Shown here piece by piece: positions 10,570 to 22,693 of a stretch of 64,000 nucleotides of DNA. The stretch is from Azolla caroliniana (Eukaryota; Plantae; Polypodiophyta), in NCBI GenBank assembly GCA_043228905.1, contig JBHGNT010000012.1:16616001-16680000 (forward strand). The letters run 5' to 3'. Position numbers and translations under genes: made by a program. Every line of letters starts with the position of its first letter. Within the stretch, counting starts at the first letter, position 1. The notes under the pieces are model-generated. The model saw only the letters and a program-made list of their open reading frames with translations, did no database searches and was not told the origin of the DNA.

Positions 10570-12030
10570 TAAACTGTTTTTGTGTTGTAAATACAGGTTT
10601 TCCACGGACATTGGCAACAAGCTAATCGACGAGAGGGCTGATGTGGAAAGAAGGAAGAATGTGTAAGAGAAAAGGATGGGGTATGGTGGCGGGGTCATAG
10701 TCGACAATCGTGAGTGGGTGGGGAATTTTTACACTAATTTTTGTTTTTAATACAGGTTTTTCGTCAACAGTGCAAGATGTTAATCGGCAAGAGGGCTGAC
10801 GTGGACTGAATGAAGAATTTCTTGTTTTGTGATAAGGATGAGGGAAGATGGCGGGGGGGTCGAAGCCATCTATCATGAGTGAGGAAACTTTGAGATTAAC
10901 TGTTTTGTTATTGATACAGGTTTTTTCGTGGACATTGGTCATGACAATAATTGGCTAGACGGTTGATGTGGATTGAACGAAGAAATTTTCTGTGTGAAAG
11001 TGATAAGGTTGAGTGAAGATGGTGGGGAGGGTGAAGCCGACTATAACGAGTGGGTGAGAAAATGTTTACACTAATTTTGTGTTGATCAATACAGGATATG
11101 CGTGGACATTGCCACCGTGTTAATTGGTGAGATGGCTGATGTCGACTGTATGAAGAATTTCTGTGTTAAGGATGAGTGAAGATGGTGGGGAGGGTGAAGC
11201 CGACTATAACGAGTGGGTGAGGAAATGTTTACATTAATTTTGTGTTGATCAATACAGGATATGCGTGGACATTGCCACCGTGGTATTTGGTGAGATGGCT
11301 GATGTCGACTGAATGAAGAATTATTGTGTTAAGGATGAGTGAAGATGGTGGGGAGGGTCGAAGCCAATGTGCAGGAGTGGGTGAGGACATGTTTTAACCT
11401 AAGTTTTTGTTGATTATACAGGATATGCGTGGACATTGGAACCAGGTTAATCGGTGAGATGGCTGATGTCGACTAAAGGAAGAAATATTTGTGGTGAGGA
11501 TGAGTGAAGATGGTGGGGAGGGTCGAAGCCAATCATCACGAGTGGCTTGAAGAAGACTACGGCCAAGAAGTAGCAGATTACCTCAATGGCTTGATTGGAG
11601 AGAGCAGTTTTGTATTACCTAAGTGGTACAAAAGGACATTCACAAAGGAAAATTAAAGGCCAAGGAACGGGAACAGCTATTGGACAACCAGGTGATAGTG
11701 AACAACTTTAGTACATGCGGAACCAAATGCAAACATGGAGTTTTTAGACTACTAGCCATGATTACCACCAACATATGTATTCACTTGGACCGCAGGAATT
11801 TGTTTATAGGTTGAATATGGGTATACTAAAGAGCTTCAGTATATGTGGAATCACATTCAGCCAATGTTGGCTGCAACATGATGTTTTTTAGAGGCCATAA
11901 CAAATGCCATCTTTATTTGGTCCCTTTTTTTACGATATATACTTATGGAGTGGAAACTATTATGTACAATTTGTAGATTGCCTTTGGCATTGTTAATTTT
12001 AATACCAATGGAGCATATTTTTTATGAAAA
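10570..12030 (+). mobile_element. 1.46-kb insertion flanked by a 14-bp duplication and containing a ~165-bp tandem array (probable LINE-mediated retroposition)
   Basis: AATATCCCGTGGTG is duplicated at 10556-10569 and 12031-12044; short A-rich 3' end; absent from the 3' LTR; TACAGG unit anchors at 10592, 10751, 10915, 11090, 11253 and 11417. Confidence 0.75.
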
Positions 12031-14116
12031 AATATCCCGTGGTGAAAATTTAACGTAGTATTCTATACACGTGGATAAGTGTGAGGGTTAAACTAGAGTG
12101 TGAAGAAGGCCCGAGGATTACTTTTAATCTTCGGGATTGAGACAACCCATTAGGCCAAGTGTGAACTTGCCTAGGGGCCGTGGGTATCACTATAAATAAG
12201 AGGCCTAACTACCCTCATTTCATCATCTTTTGACTACGTTGAGACTTTGTTCTTGTGGTGGGTCAACTCTTGTGGCGAGCGCGCCAGCACCAAGTATGAC
12301 TCAATGCCACGGTGGTGGTATGGGACGCCGATCGAGGCTTAAGTCCGTCTCAATCTCTTCGCTCAGGGGTGGTCGGGTGGATTGGCACCCTTCTTTCTGT
12401 CTCTCATTTCTATCTATCTATCTATCATTCTTTTCTCCTTATCATACGCTTACATTAGATCATATCTCTAATCGTTGGTTTCAGAGCTCATGTTCTAATG
12501 TTTCTTTTGTTGTCTTTTGTAGATTCTTGATTGATGCTCATCGATCGATGTGCAGTCGGAACTTCAGTAATATTTCTTGATTTTTTTTCTATTTTTTCTT
12601 CTCCCTTCTAATCATGTATATGGTCATATGTATTTTTTTTTTCATTAATTCAATGATGTTGTAGTGGTGTATAATTGGTTATATAAAACGTTTACATATG
12701 TGCACAAGGTCAATACCTCATTTGACATATATTTAATATGTGATTAGTGTCGTATGCGTATGAGGTTAATACCTCAATTACGTATTACGTTCACAAACAC
12801 ATGTTACGTTTGTGCATGAGGTCAATACCTCGATTTCTATGTAAATGATATGCGTTCGGTGTCGTATGCATAAGAGGTCAATACCTCAATTGCGTATTAC
12901 AATTAACCCTTATTTTTGGATGTTTCGTGTGCGTAGAGGCTATATGCCTCGATTACATGTCTCGATTTCATCATATGTTGGCTATTTGATGTTATGATTT
13001 TTTTAAATATATGCCTATGTGGTCACGTGTATACGTATTTGATTGTATATATGTGATAAATAAACATATGTGTATATTTGATATTACGTGATTTCAATAT
13101 CGAATGTTTTCCTTTTCGGGGAAAGGATTTTGGTGGCCGTCCTCACATTTTTGTGAGAATGGCGTTGTCACCATCCCTTTTTCAACAAATTTTTATTGTT
13201 GACATCCCCATTGGTGATTTCAATTTCGTTACGTAATGAAACAATCTTAGCCACAATGGTGTTGAGAACATAGGGGTTGACCCACTTGATGTGAGGTCGC
13301 TCTTATGACACACATATCCAACATTCGTCCCTCATTACATGGATATGATGCCACCATGAGATCATTCTTACAAAAGACATTCGTAATGACGTAACCATGT
13401 GATGGGCCACGTGGGCCTACTACGAAAACAGGACTCATTTGGCTTGACCATTAGGTTGCACTTTGGCGTATGCCATCGTAATTACGAGACTTGAGGTTAG
13501 GTAACGTACCAACAAAGTTTGTGGTAAACGAGGGGGAAATAAGGACTCTTGACATATATGTTTCTTTTAAGAAAACATATATAGGCAAATGCCTCGCATA
13601 TCTCTTATAAGCATTAAATATTAAACATTCAAGAAGAGCAACCTACTTGGTTGGCTCAAGTGTTTAATGCATTTGTTCTTGAGGTCTCAAGTTCAAATAC
13701 ATGACCAAGACTATACAACATCGTTCATATATATAATGCACTTCGGGGTCCTCGTAATAGGACTTAAAGAGCCGAAACCACATATGTGGGCACCGAATAA
13801 TAGTTTATTGTTAACATTTCTTTTGTGTATAAACTATTCATGACACGAACATACATGGTTGAGCCTCGGGGAGCCACCATGAAAAAATAGATATAGAGAT
13901 CAGGGAAAGGCATTAATTTGTCACCCCCATGGTTTTTAAAACACCTTTGTGTTACCATAGTATCCCGATCTTCAACCTCTGTCATACATCTAGAGGGGTA
14001 TTGGCATGAGATCATGATATCGATTAATGTTTGCCCATGATATGTTTACATCACGACATGATGTTATGAGTATTTGTTTGACCTTATCCTATTTCTTTGC
14101 CAGAAATAATCATTTA

Positions 14117-17100
14117 ATGGCTCAAAATAACAACCCGATGTCATCTACTCAAGTGGAAGGAACTCAAGGAAATCCTCTTGGACAAATGTCCATTGAGATG
14201 TATTTTTCACAAATAAGTCAATACCTTAGTTTCACCGCTCAATAGGTGACCGAACTTCGGCAATCTCAAAGTGCTCTCGCGGCACGTGTCATTAGTTTAC
14301 AACGCGAGACTAATAGACCTGATGAGCGACAGGGTGAACCATCGTTTGTTAAGCTATTTATGGGAGAAAAAAAGGAAAGAGCCGAAGAAGCAATCTGCAC
14401 GTGGCTGGGGCAATGGGAGTCTCATTTTGAGCTCTATCCCACGCCAGATAGTATGAAGATTGCATATGTCCGCTGAGAATTGGGGGGTAAGGCCGCCTCC
14501 TGGTGGTGTGGGATCCGAACTTTGGGGAAATTGCTCGATACCTGGACAAATTTTGTCACAGTTTTTAAGGGTCAATTTCTGCAACCTCCCTCTCGAACCG
14601 AGGCAGCACAAGCTTTAATGAACCTCTCTAGCAGGAAGTTTTCCTCACTAGAAGACTATGTTCACCATGCTAGAACCCAAATCCAAAAATCGGGTCTAGA
14701 AGGGGACAACTAGTTAATAGCTTGTTTTGTCAATGGCATCCCCAATTCGGACTATCGCTAGATAGTGCACCATAAGGATCCAAAATCCTTCGAAGAGGCC
14801 GTTGAAATAGTTCTTCGCTATCAATGCACTTCGAAGGACCACAACAAACCCAACAAAGCGCCCGGGACTAAGCAGTCGCAATTCGTTGGGAAACGCAAGA
14901 CACCCAATGAATTCATGGATCACGATTGTAAGCGACAACATCCTTTTTGCGTATTCTTTAAAAAGAAGGGTCATACAAAAGAGCAATGTCGAAAGCTCCA
15001 ACTGAAAGAGCACGACAGCAAAGCTAAAGCTGCAGACCATAAAGGTCAGATTCCTAATGTCCTTCAGGTCTATACACATCATTTAAGTAATTGTCAATGT
15101 TCTTTCCCTCACTATGTATTGGGTCCCAATAATTTACTATGTGCAAATGGGTGTATCAATGGATCTCCCGTACAATTTTTGTTTGATCCGAGAAGCCCAC
15201 ACAACTTTGTGAATGATCGTTTGGTTCAGATATGGGGAATCCAACCCACCGTAAGTGATCACACCTATACGATGCACTTGGCTGATGGAAGAGTACAATA
15301 CATAAACGGGGCGATTCATTCATTAGGAATTTCTATTGATACTTATATAGAGGAAGTAGACTTCCATGTAATGAATCTTTGTACCATTGATGTAGTACTG
15401 GGTTATCCCTGGTTCTATAATAAAAACTCTTCTTTATCTATTGATTGGGTTCATCATTCAATAACTTTTGTGCTGAACGATTGTACTCATTTTATTCAAT
15501 GTGTTAAAAAACAATCCCCCTTGATTGTTTCCTCTCCAACAATATCCGAGTTGTCTTGTTCTACTCTATTTTATTGTGTACTTGATCCGGACATTCACAT
15601 TTATAATATCGATAATGTCTCAGTTTAATTAACATATTTTGAACAACAACAACTTGATGAAATCTTAAATGATTTTTGTGATGTTTTTCCGAGTGAACTA
15701 CCATATGGGTTACCTCCTAAACGTAATATAGACCATCGTATAGATATTGTACCTATCATTGCACCAATAAGTATACCTCCTTATCGCTTAAGTCGATCTG
15801 AAGAGGATGAGGTATTTACGAATGGGTTATATACGTTATAGTAAATCTCCATGGGGTGCACCAATTCTCTTGGTTAAAAAGAAAGAGGGCACATGGCGTA
15901 TGTGTATTAATTACCAACACTTGAATAAAGTGACAATCAAGAATTCGTATCCATTGCCCCGAGCTAATGATCTAATTTATCGTCTCTAGGGAGCTTGGTA
16001 TTTTACGAAACTTGATCTCCGTACTGGCTACCATCAAATTCGTATAAGTGAGGACAATGTTCCTAAAATGGCATTTCGTACGCGCTATGGCCATTATGAG
16101 TTTTTGGTTATGCCTTTTGGTTTGACCAATGCTTCGGCTACATTTCAACAAGAAATGAATGACATTTTTCGAGAATAACTTGGAAAATTTGTGTTATTTT
16201 TTTGGATGATATTTTAGTTTATAACCGTACATTACAAGAACATGCTAAACATATCCGCTTTGTTTTACAAACATTGCGTGACAAACAGTTTTATGTGAAG
16301 ATCTCAAAATGTGAGTTCTTCAAGAAATCAATTACTTATCTTGGACATCTCATAACCAAACGAGGAGTTGAAATTGATCCTTCTCGCATCAAGACTCCTT
16401 CACTTCTTTTACTCGATCCTTCAAAACCTTTTGAGGTTGAAACCAATGCAAGCGATTATGCTATAGGTGCTGATCTCATCCAGGACATTGATTTTTCCAT
16501 ACAATATCGTAAACGTTCTATGAACATTGTTGTTGATGCACTAAGTCGCATCCGTGAAGTTAACATGCTTAGCTTCACTGAAATAACATAAGATCTTTAT
16601 GATCACCTTCGAGGAAAGTATCCTGATGACAGTTATTTTGTGAAATATTGGGCAAGAGTTGAGTCTAGAACAAACACCACGACATCCTCGAAGGAATACT
16701 TCCACATTGCTAACGGTCTACTCTACCATAATGGGAAGGTCTGTGTTCCAGATTTGCTTGAGGTCAAAAAGAGAATTCTTTTTGAATGCCATGATGCACC
16801 CTGGAATACATCGTACACTTGTTCTAATCTCCACTCAATTCTATTGGCCTAAGATGCACCCTGGCATACATAGCTATGTGACTAAATGTCACGAATGTCA
16901 AGTTAACAAAGCCGAGCGACTTAAAGCCGCAGAACTTTTACATCCCTTGGATATTCCCAATAATAAGTGGGAAAGTATATCCATGTATTTTATTGTTAGC
17001 CTTCCTCGCACCCAAAAAGGGCATGAGGCCATATGGGTTGTGGTTGATAGACTAACTAAAATGGCCAAATTTATTGCTACTAAAACCTCGGTAACAATTC

Positions 17101-18025
17101 CATTTTGGCTTACCAATTTGTTGATGAGTAATTTCGTTTTTATGGGTTACCGATGGATATCATGAGTGATTGAGATCCAAAATTTAGTAGCGACTTCTGG
17201 ACGCAAGTCTTTAAAAAGTTAGAAACTACGTTGAGCATGAGCTCCACGGATCATCCTCAATTTGATGGATAGACAGAACGAGTAAATCAAATTATTGAGG
17301 ACATGCTTCAAGCATACGTTGGTGCAAAACCAACAAAATGGGAACATTATCTCCCAATTTTGGAGTTTGCTTATAACAGCTCCAAGCATACGTCGACGAG
17401 ATATTTTCCTTTTATGTTGATGTATGTTTTTCAGCCACGAGCCCCGATTGATGTTAATATGCATCATGATGAGTTGCGAAGTACGCAAAACTTTCTTCGG
17501 GATATGCAAGATATGTTGCATATTGCACGAGATAATATAAAAACAACTCAAGATAGAGCGCATTTTTATGCCGATCATCATAGGCAACCTCGTGTATTCA
17601 ACCCTGGATAGAAGGTATTTTTACGTGTACCTCACAATTCTAAGACATTGTCTAAGGGTAAGTGCGCTAAGCTAGCCCCACGGTTTTGTGGACATTTTAC
17701 AGTCCTTCAATGCATTGGGTCATCAGCCTATCGTCTCGCTCTTCCCGATGGTGTTGGAATTCATCCAGTTTTTCATGTGAGTCGTCTAAAAGAACTTCTA
17801 GGTTCTTGCTACAATACACTTACAATTGAAACTCTGGTTACTTCTGAAGAATTATCATCTAAACCACATGTACCAAAAAGAATTCTTGATGTTAAAACAA
17901 AAAAATTACGTACTAAAGAAATCCGAGAAGTTAAAATAAAATGGATGGATAAATCAATAAAAGATGCCACATGGGAACGTGAAAATAGTCTCAGAACTAA
18001 CTTCCCTAACTTTGCATTGCAATAG
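14117..18025 (+). pseudogene. Chromovirus gag-pol (gag, protease, RT, partial RNase H, integrase, chromodomain)
   Basis: [47 protein letters not shown] and a C-terminal chromodomain (VKIKWMDKSIKDATWE); many stops and frameshifts. Confidence 0.92.
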
Positions 18026-18518
18026 TGCAATGTTTTAAAGAGGGGGAGTATGTTATGGGCATGACCATCTAATATCCCGTGGTGAGAATTTAACATAGTA
18101 TTCTATACACGTGGATAAGTGTGAGGGTTAAACGAGAGTGTGAAGAAGGGGAGGATTACTTTTAATCCTCGGGATTGAGACAACCCATTAGGCCAAGTGT
18201 GAACTTGCCTAGGGGCCTTGGGTATTGCTATAAATAAGAGGCCTAGCTACCCTCATTTCATTATCATTTGACTACGTCGAGACTCTATTCTTGTGGTGGG
18301 TCAACTCTTGGAGCGAGTGTCCCAGCACCAGGTACGACTCAATGCGACGACGGTGGTATGGGATGCCGATCGAGGCTCGAGTCCATCTCGATCGCTTTGC
18401 TCGGGGGTGGTTGGGTGGATCGACACCTTTCTTTCCCTCTCTCCTTTCTATCTATCTATCTATATCATTCTTTTCTCCTTGTCATACGGTTATATTAGAT
18501 CATATCTCTAATACACAC

Positions 18519-19543
18519 CCACATTCCTCATACGATCAGAGTTCCCAAACAACCCGAAGGAACACCGGTAGATATATGTCAACCTCACTTCGAGAGCGAC
18601 GATACTAGTTTCACTCTCCCTATCTGCATCAACGGCACGACGTGTGACACGATCATTGACATTGGAGCAGGGGTAAGTATAGTCAGTTACGAATGCTGGT
18701 GTAAGTGGGGGAGCCCAAAAATGCTTCCTTCGGACGTCAAACTCCGAATGGCAGATGGGTCCATCCAACGGCCAGAAGGCATGATCCCTGCACAACACTT
18801 CACTGTCCACGGGGTCGAGTTCAATCTCACCTTCGTCATCACAAGATCATCCAATCATGTGGCTTACGAATGCTTAGTAGGGAGACCATTCCTATGTGTA
18901 AGCCACTTGGTGATGGATTTTGGGAACGATACAATCTATATGCGTAAAAACAACAAAACCTTTCGCATCAAAGCATACACACAAAAAGTGCACAAACAAG
19001 AAGGCATCCCTCTCGTGGATGACTAGTCAGAAACCACCAAGGTGAAGACCAACCTCCTAACATATCACCCCACAAAGACAGTTCAAATCTTGGCTAAGGG
19101 TCAACCGTTTCCCCAAACATCCACTAATCCTAGGGCAGAGAATGCGAGAGAAGACCAATCCATAGCTTCCGATGTATCAGAGATGAATTGGGTGCACTCT
19201 CTCGCCACGACCAATGCAATGTACCCCATTGGTACAAAGTGTCGCGACGAGGATGGAGGCACGATCTCGTGTTTTAATGTCACCACTCTCGTACCCCAAC
19301 GAAAACGAGTAGACGTAAAAGACGAAGACCTATCTGAAAGGGACATGCCTCTCAAAGTCGCATCTCAATGACACAAAAAGAAGCTCAAATTACGAGCCGA
19401 AGGACCCTATGTGGTCTCAGAGATTACCAAGACAGGAACGTGTTGAATATGCACGCTCGAAGGACTCGACATCCCAGGATTCATCAATGGGAGCAAGCTC
19501 AAACGTTACTACGGACCCCTCACCCTCAAATCCCTACTCACGG
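18519..19543 (+). pseudogene. Aspartic protease remnant and integrase C-terminal GPY/F tail of the Athila/Tat-like host element
   Basis: CDTIIDIGAGVSIVSYECW...CLVGRPFL, then EGPYVV...GFINGSKLKRYY at about 19399-19515; no RT, RNase H or integrase core lies between them. Confidence 0.75.
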
Positions 19544-20582
19544 TGTCGTGAAGTATGAAAGCTTCACATTAAAAGTCTACAATCAGATAAATACGTAACT
19601 AAAATAACATTTGATAATGTTTTATATATAAAGATAATATTAACAACACATATGATAATATTATATATATGTAAAGAAAAATAATATATATATATAGATA
19701 AATATATTATATTACACGAACAAGAGAGGACTTGAACCAATAACCCCACCCTATGACTTTCAAATCTTACCATTTACTCTATACTAATAATATATATAAA
19801 ATAAAGGATTTGTTTCATGATATAAAAACGACGTTACATGTTGTAAATTCAATAATATTTAAGAGACTCAAACCCACAACCTCATATACCAAAGTCAACA
19901 CACCTACCATTAGGCTAGGTTCTTTGTTTTTAAAACTATATTTTCATGTTTATTCTTATGCCATATATTTTTTCATACATGAAAGCTCAAATGAACGAGA
20001 TGCCTATCATGCATCACATGCATTTCATGCACTACATGCATGACTTGTACCCTCCAATGCATCATATGCATGGGGGCACCTATTTAAATGGTGAAAGAGA
20101 AGATGAAAGGAGAAGAAGTGTGAGATATCAATCAAATATATATTACATAAGAGATACCATAAAATAGAAAAAGAAAGGAAGAAGTTTAACATACAGGTGG
20201 AGCTCTAGCTTGGCGATTGTGGTGGTCAACTCTCAACAAGAGGGAGGCGGTTCGAGCCTTCTCTTCATCAAAATATTGAAGTGAAGATTGTTGTGGCCTA
20301 CTATCAAGAAAGAGAAGAGCGATTATTTTGTGAGACCAAGTTCAAAGGATCAACGGCGCTTACAACCACTTTTGTAACTCTTTCATCAAAAATAAATTAT
20401 AAATCTCTTTTATTCCTTCAAATATCATTCAATATCCTATCTTGTCATATCTTGTTGATCTCTATTTACTTTATCTCTACTCTTTCGTCTCTTCCGTCCA
20501 TAATCCTAGTGATTCCTTCCTCACTTTCACGATATCTTTTGTCTACGCAACGCTATGCTTCTAGGCAAGCCATGCCATGACA
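19544..20582 (+). mobile_element. Solo LTR
   Basis: TGTCGTG...CATGACA termini, ACGG duplicated on both flanks (19540-19543 and 20583-20586), internal TATA CTATTTAAAT near 20080. Confidence 0.75.
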
Positions 20583-20703
20583 ACGGCTTGACAACGAGAA
20601 GTGGAAGCCAAACTTAATGAATCGAAAGGCCGAATGGCCCGACTAGAAACCGACCTATGCGCAAACAAAACTGAAAAGACAAGGGGACAACCACCCTACA
20701 ACT

Positions 20704-21039
20704 ATGGCTAAGGCGATCGACTCTAATGACGTGATGACACACCTACCATGCTTCGCTGACGATGTACCTTTAATGGCAGTAATCGACACTGGAGCATCAC
20801 TAACCCTTTTCTCCTTCGAAACATGGGGACATCTAGGGTGCCCGAACCTCGAAGTATGCAACGAAAAATTCCTTGGCGTCGATGGTTCCACATCACTCTG
20901 CCTCGGAACCTTCGTGTGTAGCATCAAGACAAAATACAGTGACCACTCAATTCGAGTTCAGGTCCTCCCACCGAAAGTGTTGTATACCCCGTGCCTCCTC
21001 GGTTTGGATTGGTGTCACATAAGCGAGTGTCTCATGTAG
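20704..21039 (+). pseudogene. Second retropepsin-like aspartic protease ORF of the Athila/Tat-like element
   Basis: AVIDTGASLTLFS...CLLGLDW motifs. Confidence 0.75.
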
Positions 21040-22335
21040 CCAAGCAAGAACATCGTTTCATTCCAAACTGCAAATGGTGTGAGGTCCGAGAAACTCGTTG
21101 CAACAACTCTCGAATCACGCCCCACCGATCTCGACGAACTCCAAAGCACGAAACCACCCAACGAAAAAGAACGCGCACAACCATCGGCCACCCAAGGACA
21201 GAGAAATGCTAACATCGGAACAAGGACATCTACGCCACGCAAATGGGTGAACATCCATGCGACTTTCGCCGAAGGACCACGCCGCGGAGAATGTGCTATT
21301 TGGCGAGTCAGAAAAGCACTCACAAACGCCCAAGGTTGGCACAAAGGGGCCACTAGCTTCTGGGTCCCGAAACGAAGCAGGCTTCCCACCCACGACCATA
21401 CCACGACTGCACAAGACTCTCGACAACTGCACACATCAGCCAAATACCCCACCCAGGTTAAGGCAATAGATCTCGACCAGACTCAACAACTAGGAGCTCG
21501 AATTCCCCATATAACTACCTCACAGACCCCCCCCCCCCCCCCACCCTTTTCCCCCTTGAAAGGACGTCACGGGTCTGGGTCCTTAAAGGCATACAAAGAC
21601 CCTCGAACAACACACATGCCACACCCTCCACCTCAACCCCACCCAAAATCCCCTAAAATTTCCAAACTCTCACGAAATCTTCTGTGGATTCCCGTCCAAC
21701 ACTACCACCTGCACATAAACCTTGACCCACCCCACACCCTGTTAAACCCTCACCATACCTTATGTCACTTCGCTCATCAACTACTCGGCCCGTCTTCTCC
21801 CCCGACCTCTACTACCGTCCCCATTAGACAATAGTTTATTTATTCATTACTTGTACCATCCCCGCCTGCAATTTTGTCTTTTTCGGTATATTTATTAGTA
21901 TTTACAATATTAGAATTACCCTTTATTTTTAGGGGCCCCTCTGCCGATTATTTCTACTCGTGGCCTATCTATTTTTGTTTCTCTCGTTCTTTTACATATT
22001 ATTTTTCATGGTATTTTTAGATCCTCTCTCTTTTGCCCTCCTCTTTCCCCCTCACGACTCTCTCTTCTCCCTCATCGCTTTTACTCCTCCCTCTGTGATC
22101 GCGCTCCAGCCCCTCTCGCGTTACACTCTACCCTCGGGTGGGTCTAAAAATCTATTTTTTACTCTCTCTTCCTGCGCTCTCACACTCGGCCCCCACTAAC
22201 GCCACAAACCTACTCACCTCCTATAACGGCCACGACTACCATGTCGTTTTTGCCACCCCCTTGGCGCCGCCAGTCGCATCTGGCCGCTTCATGCGCGGCC
22301 TAGCGCTTCCTCCTCATGACCCTCCCTTCGTGTCA

Positions 22336-22693
22336 CTCTTCGAACTCCCCACCACCGGTTCGAAGGGAGACGCTCTTCGAACCCCTCCCCGGTTCGAAGA
22401 GTGGTACTCTTTGAACCCCTTCCCACCGGTTCGAAGAGAGAACCCCTTCCCACCAGTTCGGAGAGAGATGCTCTTCGAACCCCTCACGGGTTCAAAGAGC
22501 GGTACTCTTCGAACCCCTTCCCACCGGTTTGAAGAGAGACGCTCTTCGAACCCCTTCCCATCGGTTCGAAGAGCGGTACTCTTCGAACCCCTTCCCCTTA
22601 GTTCGAAGAGAGACACTCTTTGAACCCCTCCCCGATTTGAAGAGAGACACTCTTTGAACCACTCACTCCCGGTTCGAAGAACGTCGAACCCCC
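22336..22693 (+). repeat. TTCGAA-rich tandem array with self-complementary units; resumes at about 28165-28195 after the copia insertion
   Basis: Repeated CTCTTCGAACCCCT...GGTTCGAAGAG units. Confidence 0.85.

Larger units (their letters stand above)
10536..18513 (+). mobile_element. Ty3/gypsy chromovirus, full length and degenerate
   Basis: 5' LTR 10536-~12474 (interrupted) and 3' LTR 18051-18513; 5-bp TSD CACAC at 10531-10535 and 18514-18518; Met-type PBS TGGTTTCAGAGC at 12476; PPT AAAGAGGGGGAG before 18051. Confidence 0.92.

Noticed and set aside
10570-11545. CRISPR-like or protein-coding repeat array
   Set aside because: Whole units are homologous with no unique spacers, there are no cas genes, and the unit I translated (11095-11216) has stops in all three forward frames.
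22336-22693. CRISPR-like palindromic repeats
   Set aside because: Units are degenerate and abut without unique spacers, in a eukaryotic retroelement context.
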